From a virus (Duplodnaviria > Caudoviricetes), in the IMG/VR virus record IMGVR_UViG_3300037458_001574, positions 1 through 40,454 of that record: a DNA stretch of 40,454 nucleotides; one strand, 5' to 3'. Positions 36,730-40,454 of the stretch are shown one piece after another. Under the pieces are notes generated by a model. That model made no database searches. It saw only the letters and a program-made list of their open reading frames with translations, and was not told the origin of the DNA. How positions within the stretch are numbered: the first letter of the stretch is position 1; every line of letters starts with the position of its first letter. The translations under genes and the position numbers were made by a program.

Positions 36730-36920
36730 AACCCCTTCGCCCGCAGTGCGCGGGATTTGACGGCTAACCGACGCGCTTCCTGAGCGCGGGGGCCGTCCTT
36801 CGGTATTTCGCGGAGGACGATCTTTGTCGAGGGGAACCGCCGCGTTTCGACATAGACGCAGTCGGAATCCATATCTACGATGTAAGACCGAATTCCGACC
36901 ATCGTTGCTACCATGTCCAT
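36726..36920 (-). CDS. Small hypothetical protein
   Basis: GAGGAG SD; ATGA-coupled to the zinc-finger gene. Confidence 0.65.
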   Translation of the reverse strand: MDMVATMVGIRSYIVDMDSDCVYVETRRFPSTKIVLREIPKDGPRAQEARRLAVKSRALRAKGF

Positions 36921-36935
36921 TTTTATCTCCTCAAG

Positions 36936-37380
36936 GCCGCCCCGAAGGGCGGCGGGTGGTGGTGGTTATCGCTTTTGCCAGCCCGGCATGGGCCGGCGAT
37001 TGCGTTCCATCGCTTCGCGCCGCTCGCGGTCAATGGCTACTATTGCCGCCGCCGTCTCGTCACGGTCGGCATCATCTTCGAGTTGGCGGCGGATTTCTGG
37101 CTCCGCTTCCAGCAGCGCGCGCACCGCGCCGCGCGCCGAGAGCTTTCCTTCCGTGTTGTCCAGCTTGGATTCCAGCCGGACCACGTAAGCCGCGTCGCGG
37201 CGGGATTCCTCGTCGATGCGGGCGCGGATTCCGCCGCTGGTATCAATCCACATCACCAGCCGGCCATACTCGCCGATTGGCAGCCGGTAATCGACATCCC
37301 GCAAGGCCGCTTTGATTTGGTTGTGAGTGCTGTTCATCTTTCTCTCCTTCATGCCGCCCCGGAGGGCGGCGGGTGGTGGT
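36936..37380 (-). repeat. Two copies of a 28-bp intergenic hairpin element (36936-36963, 37353-37380)
   Basis: GCCGCCCCGRAGGGCGGCGGGTGGTGGT, 27/28 identical, each between a stop codon and an SD. Confidence 0.85.
36966..37337 (-). CDS. Hypothetical protein (MNSTHNQIKAAL..., 123 aa)
   Basis: AAGGAGAG SD before the ATG at 37337. Confidence 0.7.
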   Translation of the reverse strand: MNSTHNQIKAALRDVDYRLPIGEYGRLVMWIDTSGGIRARIDEESRRDAAYVVRLESKLDNTEGKLSARGAVRALLEAEPEIRRQLEDDADRDETAAAIVAIDRERREAMERNRRPMPGWQKR

Positions 37381-37381
37381 T

Positions 37382-37603
37382 TCAGTAGTCGCGGGCGATT
37401 ACTACGTCGCCCGCGTACAACGTCGCACCATCCGGGGACGGGGCGAACCGGAAGGCGCGGGCGGCGGCAAGCCGGCCCGCAGCGGTCCCGTTGTAGGGAC
37501 CACGAGCGCAAGAACCGGTCCCGTACACGATGTACGGGGCGGCGGTGAAACCGGCCAGCCGCGCAATGCGGCGGGCCAGGCGCAGGGTAGTGGTCTTGTT
37601 CAT
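37382..37603 (-). CDS. Small hypothetical protein, first gene after the strong promoter
   Basis: GAGGAGAG SD. Confidence 0.65.
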   Translation of the reverse strand: MNKTTTLRLARRIARLAGFTAAPYIVYGTGSCARGPYNGTAAGRLAAARAFRFAPSPDGATLYAGDVVIARDY

Positions 37604-37644
37604 CTTTCTCTCCTCAGCGGCCCCATGCCGCTGTTCATGGTTCT

Positions 37645-37672
37645 AGTATAACCGCTTTCGTAAGTGTGTCAA
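37645..37672 (-). promoter_or_regulatory. Near-consensus sigma70 promoter
   Basis: TTGACA (37672-37667)-16 bp-TATACT (37650-37645), with an AT-rich UP-like region upstream. Confidence 0.8.
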
Positions 37673-37695
37673 TAGGGAGAATGAATTATTTTTTC

Positions 37696-37906
37696 GTGTG
37701 CGGGTTTTGTGCGGTGCTCCCTGCTGCGGTGGGCGCGTTGTGCCCTTTCCTGTCACTGATTGCGCGACCGGACGCGGGCAAGTGATTGATTTGTAAAGGC
37801 TGTTGCGCGGGGTCAAGTCCCTGGACAACGGGCACGTTTGAAAAAACTTCAGCCGGTTCCGGCCTTTAGCGGCATTGGCGCCGGGGGTGTGCCGGAATTT
37901 GTGCGG
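37696..37906. other. Putative attP region
   Basis: Arm-type-like paired repeats GTGTGCGGGTTTTGTGCGG (37696-37714) and GTGTGCCGGAATTTGTGCGG (37887-37906); IHF consensus match at 37779-37791; at the int 3' end. Core not identified. Confidence 0.6.
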
Positions 37907-38895
37907 ACCAGGCGCGGGCCGGCAATGCGTTCGGCGTGCTCGGCCAGGTGTTCGGGCGCCAGGTGGGCATAGCGCAACACCAGATCCAACGACGCCCAGC
38001 CGCCCAACTCTTTCAGTACCGCCAGGGGCGTGCCGGCCTGCACGTGCCAGCTCGCCCAGGTATGGCGGAGGTCATGCCAGCGCACGCCCGTCAATCCGGC
38101 CCGCTGCACGGCGGGATACCAGCCGCTGGCGATGGGCCGCAAAATCGGTTGCCCCTCGCGCACGAACACCCAGCGGGGGTGTTGCCCCTGTTGTTCGCGC
38201 AACACCACCACCGCATCGGCGTTCAGCGGGATCATGATGACCCGCTTGCCCTTCGCCTGGTCGGCGTGAATCCACGCCACGCGCCGCTCGAGATCCACCT
38301 GATTCCATTCCAGCCGGCAGACGTTGCCCTTGCGTAGGCCGGTGGCCAACGAGAACCGGACCATGGGCTGGAGGTGGTCGGGCAGTTCCGCGATCAGCCG
38401 GGCGGCCTCGTCGCGGGTCAGCCAGCGCAACCGCCGCTCGGTGACCGGTAGCCGGTCTACGGTGGGGACGACCGCCAGCCAGCCCCAGCGGTGGGCGCTG
38501 GCGAGCACGGCGGCAACGATGGCGAGCCAGGCGTTGGCGGTGCTGGCCTTGACGCCGGTGGCGCGGTAGGCCAGCAGGGCGCGGGTGAGGGTGGCGGTAT
38601 CGATCTGGTCCAGATCCAGCCCGCCAAAATAGGTGTGAGCGGTGCGCAGGCGGGCGGTGGCGGTGTCGAGGGCTTTGTAGTCCGCGTGCTCTTCCAGCCA
38701 GCGGACTACGGCTTGTTGCCAGGTGTAGCGGGGGGATTCGCCAAGCTTGGCGATGCGCCACGAGTCGGCTTTGCGCCGGTCGTGGTATTCCTGAGCTTGG
38801 CGACGGTCGGGAGTTTGAGCAGACTCCCGTATTTCTCGGCGGTCTGGCGTGGTGAAACGAATCCACCAGACACCGCCCCTTTTATAAATCGACAT
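37849..38895 (-). CDS. int: Tyrosine integrase
   Basis: TGLRKGN, AKG, WHDLRHTWASW, LGGW, LRYAHL; GGAGGAG SD. Confidence 0.95.
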   Translation of the reverse strand: MSIYKRGGVWWIRFTTPDRREIRESAQTPDRRQAQEYHDRRKADSWRIAKLGESPRYTWQQAVVRWLEEHADYKALDTATARLRTAHTYFGGLDLDQIDTATLTRALLAYRATGVKASTANAWLAIVAAVLASAHRWGWLAVVPTVDRLPVTERRLRWLTRDEAARLIAELPDHLQPMVRFSLATGLRKGNVCRLEWNQVDLERRVAWIHADQAKGKRVIMIPLNADAVVVLREQQGQHPRWVFVREGQPILRPIASGWYPAVQRAGLTGVRWHDLRHTWASWHVQAGTPLAVLKELGGWASLDLVLRYAHLAPEHLAEHAERIAGPRLVRTNSGTPPAPMPLKAGTG

Positions 38896-39080
38896 GGCTC
38901 CTCCGGTTGCGCCGGTCGCGCCCGATGAGTATGGATCAGGACGGCCAAATCGTCAGGGGCGATGCGTACCAGCCGCCCGATGCGGATGCAGGGCAACGCG
39001 CCGGTTTCCACCAGGCGCCGTAGCGTGCGGGCGGATACCTGCAACGTGGCGGCGGCCTGGGGGAGGGTGAGGAGGGTCAT
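38706..39080 (-). CDS. xis: Excisionase (HTH_17-like), with its C-terminus overlapping int
   Basis: LLTLPQAAATLQVSARTLRRLVETGALPCIRIGRLVRI. Confidence 0.8.
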   Translation of the reverse strand: MTLLTLPQAAATLQVSARTLRRLVETGALPCIRIGRLVRIAPDDLAVLIHTHRARPAQPEEPCRFIKGAVSGGFVSPRQTAEKYGSLLKLPTVAKLRNTTTGAKPTRGASPSLANPPATPGNKP

Positions 39081-39553
39081 CCCTGCGATTTCAGGATAGC
39101 GTGCTCGATAGCCGAGATTCGCCGATCATGGCTCTTCATTTGTTCGTGAAGGGCGCTAAAGATCAATAATTGGCCCTCGTGGGCGAGCCGCTGATTGCTA
39201 TCCATCTCGTCCCACCGAACGTTCTGCAAGGTTTCGACCCCGCGCAGCAATTGTTTGTCGGCCCGACTCTTGCGCGTGCCGGCAATCATGGCGTGATCAG
39301 CGGCGGGGGCGATTCGATACCCAACATGTCGGATACATATCAACGTTCTGGCCTGTTCCTTTAACATCCGGGGACAGGTCATGACCACGATCCGCTGAAC
39401 TTCGGTTCGGGAATACCGGCGATCCGTATGGGCGGATAGCACGTCGATCAGTTCGGCATACGGAAAGACGGTGCCAGGGGATTTACCGTTCACCAGGTCG
39501 AGTAGCACTTGACTGTTGGACCGGCCATCTTCTCGGGTGATCGTGAAGGCCAT
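39077..39553 (-). CDS. Hypothetical protein (158 aa, possible wHTH + coiled coil) coupled to the RAMP-like gene
   Basis: ATG 2 nt after the RAMP-like stop; TVFPYAELIDVL...LICIRHVGYRI wing-like motif. Confidence 0.7.
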   Translation of the reverse strand: MAFTITREDGRSNSQVLLDLVNGKSPGTVFPYAELIDVLSAHTDRRYSRTEVQRIVVMTCPRMLKEQARTLICIRHVGYRIAPAADHAMIAGTRKSRADKQLLRGVETLQNVRWDEMDSNQRLAHEGQLLIFSALHEQMKSHDRRISAIEHAILKSQG

Positions 39554-39555
39554 GG

Positions 39556-40131
39556 TTAGATTTTCCTGAGTATCGCGGTGTAGCGCCCGTAGCCATTGAT
39601 TCGATTGTCGCCAATCCCCTCCACCAGTCCGGCCAGTTCGACGATGCGTTGCAGTTCGTCGAAATTGATGCCGGCGTCGGGAATGAACAACCCTGTCACC
39701 TTGAGCGCCCACGGGAAAAAACTGGGGCGAACGCGCATCACGCGCTTGTTCCCAATGCCCACGGAAAGCCGGGAATGGAAACGAGGGTCTTTGAAAAGCT
39801 CGTCGATTTCCTTGGGACCGTCATAAATCAACGGCGTGTTCAAGGAGGAAAACGACAAGGCGCGTTCGATGGCTTTGCCCTGCTTGGAAATCTTGGCGGC
39901 GTTGACCAGCGATTTCCGCAACTTGGAGGTGGGCTGCACCACGATGTTGTTTTCCGGGTAAAGCCCGCCGTACCATTCCAGCTTTTCGATCTGTTTCAGA
40001 TCGGCGTCGGTTTTCTTTCGCTTGCCGGTCAATGCCTTGATTTCCCGGTTCAACTCAAAATCCGGGTCGACCATCCGGGGGTTGTGCATCAACAAGGGAC
40101 TGGTTCCCGTCACTTCGATACTAATCTTCAT
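39556..40131 (-). CDS. Solitary Cas7/RAMP-like RNA-binding protein (Vipr-like)
   Basis: N-terminal strand + GTSPLLMH, PTSKLRKSL..AA helix, basic thumb SVGIGNKRVMRVRP, C-terminal Gly-rich loop GLVEGIGDNRINGYGRY; GGAG SD. Called by motif recognition only. Confidence 0.75.
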   Translation of the reverse strand: MKISIEVTGTSPLLMHNPRMVDPDFELNREIKALTGKRKKTDADLKQIEKLEWYGGLYPENNIVVQPTSKLRKSLVNAAKISKQGKAIERALSFSSLNTPLIYDGPKEIDELFKDPRFHSRLSVGIGNKRVMRVRPSFFPWALKVTGLFIPDAGINFDELQRIVELAGLVEGIGDNRINGYGRYTAILRKI

Positions 40132-40224
40132 CGTAGAACTCCGGTTTTGTGATATGAGTCGTTAGGCGTAAAGCCTTGACTAATCAAGTGTGCCGAATAT
40201 CGCCAGCACTGCGATTTTTCCCCT

Positions 40225-40434
40225 GCCTGCCCTGCCCTGCCAAGCCTCGCCGCGCCACGCCGCGCCACGCCACGCCACGCCTGCCAAGCCAAGCCAAGCC
40301 TTGCCACGCCGTGCCACGCCCCGCCAAGCCCCGCCACGCCGAGCCTGCCCCGCCCTGCCCAGCCGTGCCGCGCCGTGCCGTGCCAAGCCCAGCCTTGCCT
40401 GCCCTGCCTGCCCTGCCTCGCCGGGCCACGCCCC
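40225..40434 (-). ncRNA. GGC-NN pentamer array, 3' part (40225-40308 unique; 40309-40434 duplicates 1-126)
   Basis: Uninterrupted GCCNN/GCCT units ending 93 nt upstream of the RAMP-like start codon. Confidence 0.75.
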
Positions 40435-40454
40435 CCCCCCCCCGGCCCCCCCCC

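Noticed and set aside
37715-37850. tRNA-derived attP core
   Set aside because: I could not recognise a tRNA 3' end or T-arm here, so the integration target is left unassigned; no tRNA genes were seen in the window.
40225-40434. Canonical CRISPR array or simple microsatellite
   Set aside because: There are no 23-50-nt repeats with spacers and no cas1/cas2; the invariant core with diverse NN is unlike slippage-generated repeats.
40435-40454. Poly-C tail
   Set aside because: It diverges from the matching sequence at 127 onward; most likely a read-end or assembly artefact.

Overview
The window looks like the complete circular genome (about 40,308 bp) of a temperate, lambda-like, long-tailed phage with high GC content, probably infecting a proteobacterium. 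Bases 1-126 are repeated at 40309-40434, and the last 20 nt look like a poly-C artefact. Layout: a cI/cro switch with 434-like operators; a primase-polymerase/VapE helicase followed by an iteron origin; a lysis block invaded by an HNH endonuclease; a cos candidate and terminase; an accessory insert (Maf-like/methyltransferase fusion, a DfrB/R67-type dihydrofolate reductase, a DNA methyltransferase); head and tail genes; a promoter-driven operon of small genes beside attP; and int/xis. The standout feature spans the contig junction in the early-left operon. It is a 254-nt array of 52 units with an invariant GGC core and variable dinucleotides (GGC-NN on the minus strand), punctuated by 4-nt GGCA units. 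It lies directly upstream of a solitary Cas7/RAMP-like gene and a coupled accessory gene, with no CRISPR array or other cas genes. This suggests a phage-encoded RNA-guided system with a non-contiguous dinucleotide code. It resembles the VIPR systems as I recall them being reported recently, which I could not verify here. All product calls come from motif recognition and synteny by eye; no searches were run.
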